In this document: in pieces, positions 13,074 through 24,090 of the stretch
How positions within the stretch are numbered: position 1 is the first letter of the stretch
Layout: every line of letters starts with the position of its first letter
From: Mycoplasma mycoides subsp. capri
Lineage (GTDB): Bacteria; Bacillota_I; Bacilli_A; Mycoplasmatales; Mycoplasmataceae
Length of the DNA: 32,000 nt
Assembly (NCBI RefSeq): GCF_018389705.1
Contig: NZ_CP065581.1
Location: forward strand, 990,001 to 1,022,000
Reading direction: 5' to 3'
Translations under genes and position numbers: made by a program
The notes under the pieces: generated by a model
Databases searched by the model: none
The model's input: only the letters and a program-made list of their open reading frames with translations
What the model was told of the DNA's origin: nothing

Positions 13074-13103
13074 AAAAATGGCAATTATATACTTGCCATT
13101 TTT
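13074..13103 (-). terminator. Hairpin aaaaatggcaa ... ttgccattttt
   Basis: Perfect 11-bp inverted repeat with A/T flanks, directly after the 13108 stop on the minus strand. Confidence 0.75.
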
Positions 13104-13107
13104 GCCC

Positions 13108-14046
13108 TTATTCATTCATTTTTTCTTTAACAGATTTTGATAATTTAAATTTAACAACTTTATGTGCAGGAACTTCGATTTGTTCTTGTGTTAAAGGATT
13201 CATCTTCATTTGAGCTTCTTTTTCAACTGTTTCAAATTTACCAAATTTTGCTAAAACAACATGATCACCAGCAACTAAGTTTTTGCTTGCTACAATAAAT
13301 GCTTTATCAAAGATTGTTTTAATTGAAACTTTAGTCATTTCAATGAATTCAGGATCTTCATAAAGTTCGTCAAGTAACATACCTTTTGTAACTTGTGGGT
13401 AAGTTTTTTTCTTTTTACGTTTTTTAGCTGGTTTAGTTTCTGATTCAACCATAATTGGAGCAGGAACTACAACTGGTTCTGGTTCTGGTTTTGGTTCTGG
13501 TTTTGGTTCTGGTTTTGGTTCAGGCTCAACTACTGGTTCAGGTTCAGTCATCATTGGTTCTGGTTCAGTCATCATTGGTTCAGGTTCAACTACTGGTTCA
13601 GGTTCAGTCATTGGTAATTGTTCAACAACCATAACTTCTTCTTTTTTCATTGGTTGTTCTTCTGATTCAGTTTCAACAATTACATCACCTTCAGTTTTGA
13701 TTGTAATGTCTACTTTAGTTGTAGAATCTTCAACTTGAATAGTTTTTACTAAGTTTTTGTAGTATAAAATGTAAAAAATTAAAGAAACAATTAGTATTAG
13801 TGGTATTCAAGTGATGAATGCAATGTTACAAAATTCATCCAATCCAGGTCCTCATTTAACCGGTTTAGCTAATGTAACACCAAAACCAGTTAAAGCTGTC
13901 ATAAAGTCAGGACCAATTTTTCCTGTTCATTTACTTACATTAACTAGTTTTAAAATAAAGATGATAACAAAAGAAACAAAAAATAGGCCTAGAAATATTC
14001 TAGCTACAAGTAAGTGTTTACTTGATGGTTTTTTTGACATTTTCAT
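13108..14046 (-). CDS. Predicted membrane protein with an acidic Pro/Glu repeat linker and a C-terminal HU/IHF-like DNA-binding domain
   Basis: ORF 13108..13650 continues upstream through TGA Trp codons to MKMSKKPSSKHLLVARIFLGLFFVSFVIIFILKLVNV...FCNIAFITWIPLILIVSLIFYILYYKNL (two TM segments). C-terminus 'TKGMLLDELYEDPEFIEMTKVSIKTIFDKAFIVASKNLVAGDHVVLAKFGKFETVEKEAQMKMNPLTQEQIEVPAHKVVKFKLSKSVKEKMNE' follows the HU pattern (FG.FE......NP.T...I.[IV]PA.KV..FK..K..K). 312 aa. Confidence 0.85.
13474..13612. repeat. Short in-frame tandem repeats coding EPEP/KPEP/MTEPEP
   Basis: Direct repeats of ggttttggttct (12 bp, three consecutive copies from ~13485 to ~13520), plus longer imperfect units such as 'cagtcatcattggttctggtt'. 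Confidence 0.85.
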
Positions 14047-14258
14047 ATCTCTTTTTACTTCTTTCTATAGATTAAAGATTGCTATTTAATATAGCTGATC
14101 AGTACACATATATGAGTAGGTTTTGAAATGTTATTAAAAATAATACCTATAAAATAATTATATATTTTATTAATTTATGAATTTATTTAGCAGAGAAAAT
14201 TTCGTAATATAGGCTTAAAATTTGATAAAACAAGCGTTCATTTGTAATAAATAAATGT

Positions 14259-14288
14259 GTTCTTTTAAAATTGAGCTTTTAAAAGAAC
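14259..14288. terminator. Intergenic hairpin gttcttttaaaa-ttgagc-ttttaaaagaac
   Basis: Perfect 12-bp inverted repeat, distinct from the hairpin adjacent to the MFS stop. Function not established. Confidence 0.5.
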
Positions 14289-14316
14289 AACCTTTTTTAA
14301 GCATTTAAACAAAATA

Positions 14317-14354
14317 AAAAATTCCTAAGATCTTTTAGATCATTAGGAATTTTT
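14317..14354 (-). terminator. Hairpin aaaaattcctaa ... ttaggaattttt
   Basis: Perfect 12-bp inverted repeat immediately after the stop at 14356 on the minus strand. Confidence 0.78.
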
Positions 14355-14355
14355 C

Positions 14356-15783
14356 TTATTTTATTTCTTTTTGTTTAGATTTAAAATTGGGAAAGGTTTT
14401 TGCATCATCTCGAGGCTCTTTTAACATTAATATTCCAACAAATGACAATAACGCCAGAAGAACAATTAATACTACTTGAATAATAGCTACACTTGCCTTT
14501 TTTTCTATTCCTAATAAAGGAATTGAAGAAACAATAATTAAAGAGAATGTAAAGAACATATATCCAAATCCTCAAATTAAACTAAACATTCAACCAATAG
14601 TTTTTGGATCTGCATCTTTATATTCATGTGGTAAGTTTAAAATAACTGCTTCTATTCCTCAAGTACAAAATCCTGATAAGAATCCTAAAATGTAAAATAA
14701 TGCTAATCAACCTTTATAATTACCTGAAAGTGATTTATTTTCTTGACTATAATTTGTAGCCAATCCAAATTTATAAACAATAATTGAAAGTATAAATAAT
14801 AAAATACCCATACCTGTAAGCGCTACAATATATCATCTTCTTTTTAAATTAAATCTTGATCATAAACCAACAATTACTGGTCCTACAGTTCCTGCAAATA
14901 AGAATAAAATTTGTCATATTCTTATCTCATTAGCTAAAGTATTAGATTCTAAACCAGAAATTCATGGAAATAATAATAAGCTTAATGATGTTGGAAATAC
15001 TGCAACAACTAATCAACCACCAAAAACTAATAATCAAGCATAAGTTGATTTAGTTTTTAAGTAGCCTTTTAATATTTTAAACCCATTAACTTTAGGTTCA
15101 TTTGAATCTTTTTTAACATCAAAATTAGTTCCTAAGAAAAGAACTGCAAGTAATGGTATTAAGTAAAGCAATGACATAATACCAAATACTAGTTTTCAAT
15201 TATTTTGTATATTTTGAACAGCTTCACTATTTCCAGCAATTACAAATGGAACTAAAGAAACAATTGAACCTAATGGAAAGAATGCAATTGCTATTTGAGA
15301 ATAAACAGGTTTTGCTTTTTTAGTAAAGAAGTTAGCAGCAACCGGTTGGAATAATATAGTTAACATAGTTCCACCAATTGCCATAACTGTTCTTAGAATT
15401 AAGAATAATACATAACCATATTTTTCACCTGGCATAAAAATTGCTGGTAATCCAAATAAAGTCATTACACAAGCAATTAATGTTGCTCTTTTATGTGCAA
15501 ATTTAACTAATAAAAAAGCAACAGCAACTGAACCAATACCTCTACCAAAAGTAATTGCTCAGTTAGCAGCTGTGTTTGTTAATTGGAATGATTGATCATT
15601 TACAATTTTAAAATAACCTAAAAATCCTGGTGAAGTAACACCATCTTTAATTCCTCCACCAGCTAACCCAATAGCAAAAGCTCAGTTAGCAATAAATAAT
15701 AGGTAGCCAAAACCAATAAAAGCTCATAAGATACTCCCATAAAGCATTTTATGATTTTGCGATCATTTTTCTACAGTTTTCAT
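14356..15783 (-). CDS. Major facilitator superfamily transporter
   Basis: Fragments 14356..14559 and 15196..15465 share a frame with the start at 15783 (MKTVEKWSQNHKMLYGSILWAFIGFGYLLFIANWAFAIGLAGGG...). About 12 hydrophobic segments, 475 aa. Confidence 0.75.
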
Positions 15784-15939
15784 ATACGCCCTTTCAAAAT
15801 TGATCTTTTATGCTTTCTCTTGTATTTTACAATATTTAAAGACTTAGAATTTAACACAAAAACTAAATTAAGTTATTTTTGACAATTTATCATATATTTT
15901 TATATAAAAAGTAGCATAAATACATAGCAAAATAAAAAA

Positions 15940-15957
15940 AGCAACCATATGGTTGCT
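15940..15957 (-). terminator. Hairpin agcaacc-atat-ggttgct
   Basis: Short perfect inverted repeat with an A-run flank (T-run on the minus strand) downstream of the 15988..16632 gene. Confidence 0.65.
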
Positions 15958-15987
15958 AAATTAATTTTTATAAATTTATCAAAATAA

Positions 15988-16632
15988 TTAAATTTCAACT
16001 AATTGATTAGATTTTTCTAACATTTTAATAAATTGTTCTATTACATAATCTTTATACTTTAAATTAATATCAGAAACACAGACTTTTTTAGTTATAGTTG
16101 GAGTATTAAAATTAATAGTTATATAATCACAATCCAAACCTTTAAGTTGATCTAATAAGTTCTTTTTTATCTGTAGATCTTCTATGTTCTTTTTTATATA
16201 ATTTTGATAGAAACGAACTGATTTTAAATTAGATTTATCTAAATAATTTTGAAAATATTTATCAACATCAATTATATTATTATGCATAGCAAAATCAGAT
16301 ATTTCATATTCTTGTCAAACATCATCATAAGTTAAAACTAATACATAAAATCTAATTAAAGCATCTATAAAAATTCATCCTAAAACATCTTTGTTTAAAA
16401 TAATTTCTAAAACTCTTTTTGTAATTCTTTTTTGATAACTATTTTTAATTAACATTAAATTAAATAATGTTTTTAATTGATTGTGATTAAAAAATGGTGA
16501 GGTTTTAAATTTATTATTTTCAAAATGTATTAGCTTTTTATAAATTTTTTCTACAGTTCAATTTGAATCTAAATATTTAATTAATTCATTGATTTGACTT
16601 TTATAATTTGTTTTAATTCAAGCTAGTGTCAT
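15988..16632 (-). CDS. Conserved hypothetical protein
   Basis: 214-aa ORF when TGA=Trp: MTLAWIKTNYKSQINELIKYLDSNWTVEKIYKKLIHFENNKFKTSPFF...FLEKSNQLVEI-type end. Start at the ATG at 16632, in frame with 15988..16287. Confidence 0.65.
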
Positions 16633-16688
16633 TTTTGTTTTCCTTTATTTAAATTAAACATAACAAAAAACAAGTTATAAAACTTGTT

Positions 16689-17669
16689 TTACAATAAAAC
16701 TATTCCTTGTTTTTTTAACTCTTCTTTATATTGTTTTTCTCACACACTTACTTGTACTTCACCAATATGAGCTTTTTCTAATAAAAACATACTTAATCGG
16801 CTTTGACCAATTCCTCCACCAATAGTTAAAGGTAATTTATCATTAAGTACTTGATCGTGATATAAACCTAAATCAGAATCTGTTTTATTTAATATTTTAG
16901 TTTGTTCACTTAAACTTTTAGCATCAACTCTAATACCCATAGAACTAATTTCTAAAGCTTTATCATTAACTAGATCATAAAAAATTAAATCACCATTTAA
17001 ATTTCAATCATCATAATCAAATGCTCTTTTTGAATGAGGTTTTTTATCTGGTAAATCATAACCAATTTTATAAATAAATACAGCTTTATATTCTCTTGCA
17101 ACTTCATCTTCTCTTTGTTCAGCTGTTAAATTAGGATATTCATTATATAAATCTAAAGAATCAATAAATGTTAATTGTTTTGGTAACTTATCTACTAAAT
17201 CAGGATATTTAAAATTGATTTTGTGTTCAACATATCTAATCGAGTCATAAATTTTAGTAGCAATTTGTTTTAAAAATTCAAGATTTCTTTGTTCTTTACT
17301 TATAATCAATTCTCAATCTCATTGATCAACATATAATGAGTGTTTATAATCAACAACATCATCTTTTCTAATAGCATTCATATCTGCTCAAATACCTTCA
17401 CCAAAATTAAAGTTATATTTATCTAGTGCATAGCGTTTTCATTTAGCAAGTGAGTGAACTATTTCTAAGTCTTCTTTTCATTGATTAGGAGTAAATACAA
17501 CTGGAATATCACCATTTAATCCATCATTAATTTTAGATTCTGAAGTTACAAAAAGTGGAGCTGAAACTCTTGTTAAGTTTAAATTTTGTTTTAATTGCTT
17601 AGTTAGACCAAATTTAATATCTTGAATAGCTTGTTGAGTTTGTTTAATACTTAGTTTAGATTTATACAT
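16689..17669 (-). CDS. asnA: Aspartate--ammonia ligase (asparagine synthetase A)
   Basis: Three ORF fragments share one frame: '[24 protein letters not shown]', '[15 protein letters not shown]', '[32 protein letters not shown]'. 326 aa. Confidence 0.97.
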
Positions 17670-17872
17670 AATACTCCTTTTTACATTAATAAAATTATAT
17701 TATTTTAAATTTAAATATTATAAAAACATAAACTTAAACTGCATTAAATACTAATATATGACATAGATTTACAAAAGAGTTTTAATAAATATTGTTTTAT
17801 AAGTTATTTATTTTTTAAAATTGGCTATTTTTTATTTTTATTTTCTAATACTAATATAGATAGGAAATAATT

Positions 17873-18634
17873 ATGAAAACTAAAAATACTAAATACATTA
17901 GCATATATTTAGATGAAAGTGGTTCAGGAAATTCACCTTTTTTTATTGTCGGAGGATTTTATTTATTAATTTTGATAGAAAACAAATATATATTCAAGAA
18001 GTTAATATATCAAAAAACATTGAATATATTGAGTCCCAAATAAAAAAGAACAACAAAAAAACAATAGATTTAAAAAAAAGAAATCAAATTTATAAATCTA
18101 ACATTTAAAAATAAAAGATTACTTTTCAGTAATATAAAGAATAATAATCAGGTTAATATTTCTATGTTATATGATTTAGTTAAATTTAAAAATGTAAATC
18201 AAAAACCCATATTAATTGATTATTTATACAATATAATGGTCTTTTTAATTCTTCAAAATATACTTTTTGATTTATTAAAACAAGATTTTATAAATTTAAA
18301 AGATGAGATTTCTATAAAAGTAAACATAGATCAAAGAAGAAACTATAAAAACTCTCTAACCAAATCTAATTCATTTAAAGAATTAAAGATGTATTTGAAC
18401 ACTAGGATGTATGAAAAATCTAAATTCATAAATATGAATAAAATAGAAGTTTTACAGTTTAATTCTAAGTTAGAACCAAATATTAGGTATGCAGATTATT
18501 ATGTGGGATTGTTATCATCGGTAAGAAGAATTTTAAAAAATCAAGCAAAAAGTTATGATTTTAAATCAGACAAACTATTATGTTTACTAAATAATAAAAT
18601 TAAACATATCGAATATAAAAATACCTTTTCTTAA
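17873..18634 (+). pseudogene. DUF3800-like gene with two compensating frameshifts
   Basis: MKTKNTKYISIYLDESGSGNSPFFIVGGFYL is in frame 2. 'FDRKQIYIQEVNISKNIEYIESQIKKNNKKTIDLKKRNQIYKSN' is in frame 1 (from ~17971). 'TFKNKRLLFSNIKNNNQVNISMLYDLVKFKN...IRYADYYVGLLSSVRR...' is in frame 2 again (from ~18101). LDESG and the C-terminal ADYYVG fit DUF3800. Confidence 0.65.
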
Positions 18635-18688
18635 TATAATAAATAAATCACATTAATATATGAAAAAACACTTAAAAATGATAATATA

Positions 18689-18864
18689 AAAGTGTCACTT
18701 AAGACCAAAAACCCGAGGCACGTTCCTAAGCGTATGTGGATGACCACGAAATACGTTCGATTTTGGCAGCGGCGACAAGTGTTTACTTGTCTCAAAGTAA
18801 AAGAATTAATAATAAATTCTCAAAAAGCAACATCACAGACGTCTATGTTGCTTTTTGTTTTTTT
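18689..18864 (+). ncRNA. Structured small RNA candidate, possibly MCS4-type (U6-like) RNA of the mycoides group
   Basis: Locally GC-richer non-coding segment with nested stems: ccaaaa/ttttgg (18705..18710 / 18761..18766), cgtat-gtgg-atga-ccac-gaa-atacg (18731..18755) and gacaagt-gttt-acttgtc (18774..18791). Preceded by AT-rich promoter-like 'gataatataaa' and followed by a 13-bp-stem terminator. The MCS4 identity rests on remembered local similarity to U6 ('ggatgac.acg.aaat.cgt'). Confidence 0.6.
18821..18864 (+). terminator. Strong Rho-independent terminator caaaaagcaacat ... atgttgctttttg + T tract
   Basis: Perfect 13-bp stem followed by ttttttt on the + strand. Confidence 0.9.
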
Positions 18865-18869
18865 ATATA

Positions 18870-18898
18870 CAAAAAAAGAACTGCTATAGCAATTCTTA
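18870..18898 (-). terminator. Hairpin aagaactgc-tata-gcaattctt with T-run on minus
   Basis: 9-pair stem with one mismatch, overlapping the mnmG stop. Followed on the minus strand by a T-rich run. Confidence 0.65.
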
Positions 18899-20785
18899 AT
18901 TATCGATATTTTCTAATGGATACTGCTTTTTTAAATAAAATAATAGCATTTGAATATCAGCTGGATTAACTCCAGTAATTCTTGAAGCTTGTCCAATATT
19001 TAAAGGTCTAATTTTTTCTAATTTATCTTTTGCTTCTGTTGCTAAATTATCAACTTTAGAATAATTAATATCTAAAGGAATTTTTTTACGTTCTAATTTA
19101 ACTAATTTATCAACTAATTGACGCTCTTTTTTAACATAACCTTCAAATCTAATTTCAATTACTATTGATTGTAATTGATTAGTTTTTAATTTTTGTAAAC
19201 TTGGGATAAATTCAATTAATTCATTAATATCAACTGTTGGAATTTTAATAATTTCATAACCACTATATCCATGAGATAAATCAGCTTGATTTTTATTTTT
19301 TAAATTTAATGCTAATTGAGATTTTGGTGTAAATCTAATTTCTTTTAATTCTTTGATAGCTTCTTCAATTTCTTTAACATAAATTAAATATTGGTTTCAT
19401 TCTTGATCACTGATTAATCCAATTTCTCTTCCATATTGTTTTAATCTAGTTTCGGCATTATCATTTCTTAATAATAATCTATGTTCTGCTCTACTTGTTA
19501 ATAATCTATAAGGTTCTCAAACACCTTTATTAATTAAATCATCAATCATAACACCAATATAAGCTTCGTCTCTTCTTAAAATAATTGGATCTAATCCATC
19601 TATTTTTCTAGAAGCATTAATACCAGCTATTAATCCTTGTCCAGCAGCTTCTTCATATCCACTAGTTCCATTAATTTGTCCAGCAGTAAATAAGTTTTTA
19701 ACATCTTTTAATTCTAAACTAGGAGATAATTGAATTGGATCTATACAATCATATTCAATCGCATAAGCTCAATGTTTTACTCTAACATTTTCAAATCCAG
19801 GTAGTGATTTTAACATCATTTCTTGAACTTCAATAGGCATTGAAGTTGAAAATCCTTGAACATATCAAGTATCTCCATTTAAAGTTTCAGGTTCAATAAA
19901 AATTTGATGAGTATCTTTTTCTTTAAATCTGACAACTTTATCTTCAAAGCTAGGACAATATCTTGGTCCAATTGATTCAACAGTTCCTGAATACATTGCA
20001 GATTTTTCTAAATTGTCTTCAATTATTTTTTTAGTCTCTAAAGTTGAATGAATTAAATAACAAGGTTGTTGTTTTTCTATTGGAGTATAGGTATTTGTTG
20101 AAAAGCTAAAAGCTAGTTTCATATCAGTTCCTGGTTCAAGAACAGCATTACTCAAATCAACTGAATCTCTATAAACTCTAGCAGGAGTTCCGGTTTTAAA
20201 TCTCATCAATTTGATTCCCAAATCAATTAGAGATTTACTTATTCCCTTAGTTGTTTTTTCATTATTAGGTCCTGATTCATATCTATCAACACCTTTTAAA
20301 ATTTCAGATTTTAAATAAGTTCCAGTTGTAATGATTACTGCTTTAGCATTTAAAATAGTTTGATCATCTAAATAAATACCTGTAACAGTTTTATTTTCAT
20401 CATAAACTAAACCAGTGCATGCTCTTGTAATTAAATCTAAATTTTTTTGATTTTTAATTACATTTCTCATATATTTAGAATATTCTTCTTTATCTGATTG
20501 CACTCTTAATGCTCATACACCAGGTCCTCTTGAAGAATTAAGTAATTTAGTTTGTAAAGCAGTAGCATCAGCGGCTTTGGCCATTTCTCCACCAAGTGCA
20601 TCAATCTCTCTAACTACTATTCCTTTAGCAGGACCACCAACACTTGGATTACATGGCATTGTTGCAATTTTATCTTCATACAAGTTAATTAAAGCTGTTT
20701 TTTTATTTAATCTAGCACTAGCTAAAGCAGATTCAACTCCTGCATGACCTCCACCTACAACAATTACATCATAATTACTTTTCAT
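18896..20785 (-). CDS. mnmG: tRNA uridine 5-carboxymethylaminomethyl modification enzyme MnmG (GidA)
   Basis: '[68 protein letters not shown]' and '[51 protein letters not shown]'. 629 aa with TGA=Trp. Confidence 0.98.
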
Positions 20786-20901
20786 ACCAAATCACCCTTT
20801 AATCTATTCATTAATAATATTATATTTCCAATCAAATTTTAAAGCACTATATATTATTGCATAATTTATTATAATTCCACTAAAATAGAAAATAAAAAAA
20901 G

Positions 20902-20921
20902 TTCAACATTTGTGTTGAACT
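20902..20921 (-). terminator. Hairpin gttcaaca-tttg-tgttgaac
   Basis: Perfect 8-bp stem with an A-run on + (T-run on minus), just after the symporter stop. Confidence 0.75.
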
Positions 20922-20932
20922 CAGGTTATTAA

Positions 20933-22510
20933 TTAATTTTTAACTTCTACTTTATTAGTTTGTTGAGCTTCTTTTATTTCTGGTTTTGATTTCTTTTCTC
21001 TAATTATTTTTTGTTTTTCTAGTTGTTGTTTAGATAGAATTGTTGATTCTTCACCAATTAATCCTTCACTTTTTGCAACAATTGTAGTAACTACAGCTCC
21101 TGAAGTAACATTAACTCCAGTTCTTCCCATATCAAATAATCCATCTAATGAACCAACTATTGCATAAACTGGAGCAAATCAAACTCCTAAACCTAAACCA
21201 GATAAAACACCTGATGTAAGAACAGTTGCAGTTCCTGGAATTCCACTAATTCCTAAAGAAGCAATTAAGGTAATAACAAAGGCTAGTATAAAGAATGTAA
21301 ATAATCCCATATTGTGAAAATCAGCATTAACTGCACCAGTTCATAATAAACTAGTAATAACTCCAGATTGAACTCCAGCACATCCCATTAATCCCATTGT
21401 TGTTGATAATGGAACGACTGTTGATACTGCCGAATCATCTATTTTAATTTCATCTTTTAATGTTTCAATACTCATTGGTAAAGTAGCATTTGAAGATTGT
21501 GTTGCAAATCCTTGAATTAAAATTTTAAATGATAATTTTCATCAAGCAATAACATTAACTTTATTTACAAATAATAAGAATGTTAAGAATAGTAATGAAA
21601 TAGTTAACCCTAAATATCCTAGTCCTAAAACTTTTCCAATTGTTGCTAGTGCTCCAATTGGTTTAGAAATAACTGATGAAGCAATCATTGACATAACTGC
21701 TAAAGGCATTATTTTCATAAATGTCATTAGTATTGAAATAACAATGTTTCAAGCAACATCCATTCCTTTTCTAATAGCATCCATTTCAGCAGGTTTTTTC
21801 TTAGATAAAATTTTTACTGAATTTCCAATTAATCCTGCAATTACCATTAAAGGAATTACCATTGATCCAAGTCATGGTTGAATAAAGTTATTTGGTAAAT
21901 ATTCTCAAACTATTTTAGGAAGTGGTTGAGTTTCTTTTGGTGCATTTTTTACAATAGAATGATCTAAAGATAATCCAGATCCAGCACCAACTTTTATTAA
22001 ATAACCCAATCAGAATGTAATTACAAATGCAAATGCAGTATTTAATAATAATAAACCTACACCTTTTAATGAAATACGTCCAACATTTTTATTACCTTTT
22101 TTTGATGTAACTCTAAAAATTGCAATAAACACAACTGGAGCTGTTAATAATAAAATACCATTAATAAAAATATTTTTTGCTAAAGAAATTCATATATCTA
22201 ATTGATATACTCACAATCTAAAATCAGGGTTGATTTTTTCTATTTTTTCACCATTATTTTTAATTTCTGTTGGTAAATTCTTATTAACTAATCCATTTTG
22301 TGGAAATTTGTAAATAGCTTGAATAATAATTCCAAATACTAAACCAATTGCTAATCCAATTAAAACTCTATAAATGAATTTAAATTTAAATTTTTTAAAT
22401 GTAAACCATAAACCAATTTGAATTCCGATAAATATAATAATAGCAATAGCCGCTTGTCAACTTCCAATTGCTAAGAATTTATCTAATAAAACATTAGTCT
22501 TATCTTGCAT
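20933..22510 (-). CDS. Dicarboxylate/amino acid:cation (Na+/H+) symporter, DAACS/GltP family
   Basis: 525 aa in one frame from the ATG at 22510 to 20933. Manual translation of 'MGRTGVNVTSGAVVTTIVAKSEG' and the preceding segments matches a glutamate/dicarboxylate symporter C-terminus. Confidence 0.82.
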
Positions 22511-22529
22511 TTTTTATGTATTTCTCCTA

Positions 22530-23873
22530 TTAATTTTTAATAAGTTTTTCTAAAGCAATGTGAATAATATCTACAACTCTAGAAAATGGTGGTGAATATG
22601 GTAAATCAACTTGAGTTAATTCTTGATTAATTTCAATTTGATTTCAAATCAATGAAATTAAGAAATTAATTCTTAATACAGATAAATTAGATCCATACAT
22701 TTGAGCACCAATTAATGTATTTGTTTTTTTATTTAAAATTAGTTTTAAAGCAAGCGGCGTTGGGTTTGGATAATATGATGGATGATCAGCATCTTTAATA
22801 AAAATAGTTTTTATATCATATCCTAATTCTTTAGCTAAAGTTTCATTAACTCCAGTAGCAACTAATTCTGATTCAAATACTTTTAAAATCGCGGTTTGTA
22901 AAGTTCCAACAAATTCGCTATTAACATTTAAAATATCATCAGCTACAACTTTAGCAAATTTTCTAGCAACTGTTGCTAGTGGAGTATAAGTAATTTGGTT
23001 AGTAATTTTATGATAAACAGTAGCACAATCACCACAAGATCATATATTTTTTAAATTTGTTCTTCCATGTTTATCAACAACAATAGCTCCATTACCTAGC
23101 ATTTCTAATTTTGTATCTTTTAAAAACTCAGTTGCTGGTCTAAATCCAATAGCTAAAATTATTAAATCAACTTCAATTTCTTCATTTTGATCTAAGGTTA
23201 AGCTTAATCTTTTATCTTTAGTTTGAGTTATTGATTTTAACCCATTTTCTTTAATAATTTCAACATTGTTTTTGATTAAGTTTTGCTCTAATAAATCAGT
23301 GATTTCTTGATCAAACACTCTTTGATTTAATCTACTAGTTTTTTCAATTAAAACTATTTCTTTATTAAAGTGTTCTAACATTTCACAACACTCTAAACCA
23401 ATAAATCCTGAACCAATTACTGCTACTTTTTTAATATTTTTGTCTTTTAGCTTTTCTTTTAATTCAGTTGCATCTTCTAATCTTGTTAAAGTAAAAATAT
23501 TTGGTAAATCAATTCCTTTAATTGGTGGAACTATAGGCTTTGCACCTGTTGAGATTACTAATTTATCATAGTCTAACTCTAGTAATTGATCATTTTTTTC
23601 ATATCAAACTTTTTGATTCTCAGCATCAATTTTTTTAACAACTGATTCACTATAAACTAAAATGTCTTGTTCTATAAATTGTTCTACAGTTCTTGCTAAT
23701 AAATCAGTTGGTTTTAAAGATGGATTAGCTACAAAATAAGGTAAACCACAAGCTCCTAGTGAAACGTATTTTTCTTTTTGAATAACAATTATTTGGGCTT
23801 TTTTATCAGCTTTTTTTAGTCTGCTTGCAACTGTCATTCCACTAGCTGCTCCACCTATAATTACAATTTTCAT
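22530..23873 (-). CDS. nox: FAD-dependent NADH oxidase / CoA-disulfide reductase family protein
   Basis: 'MKIVIIGGAASGMTVASRLKKADKKAQIIVIQKEKYVSLGACGLPYFVA' (conserved redox Cys in SLGACGLPY), 'VAVIGSGFIGLECCEML', 'RTNLKNIWSCGDCA'. 447 aa. Confidence 0.9.
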
Positions 23874-24090
23874 ACTAGCCTTTCTTATAAAAATTGAATT
23901 AAAATTATTAAATATAAAAATAAAAATTCTCTATTTTTGCACAAATTAAAATAAGAAAAAAACTAATTTTCTTATTAAAATAATTCAAAACTAAATATTT
24001 TTTATATTAATATTATTTATAAAATAATAATTTAATCTATTTAAATTATATAATCAGAACTTAATTATTAATGCTAAGAAAGTACTATTT

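Noticed and set aside
13474-13612. Possible CRISPR-like direct repeats
   Set aside because: Units are 12-24 bp, in frame and contiguous with no unique spacers, and code an EP-rich linker.
13811-14089. + strand ORF MMNAMLQNSSNPG... opposite the HU-like gene
   Set aside because: Antisense to the two TM segments of a longer coherent protein.
18692-18969. Two + strand ORFs over the structured RNA (65 aa and 77 aa)
   Set aside because: They cross a strong terminator and the mnmG 3' end, lack a convincing RBS, and the RNA stems explain the sequence better.
258-23873. Apparent widespread gene fragmentation in the ORF track
   Set aside because: Most breaks are in-frame TGA codons, read as Trp in Mycoplasma. 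Only the DUF3800-like gene and the second PAP2-like gene show true frame changes.
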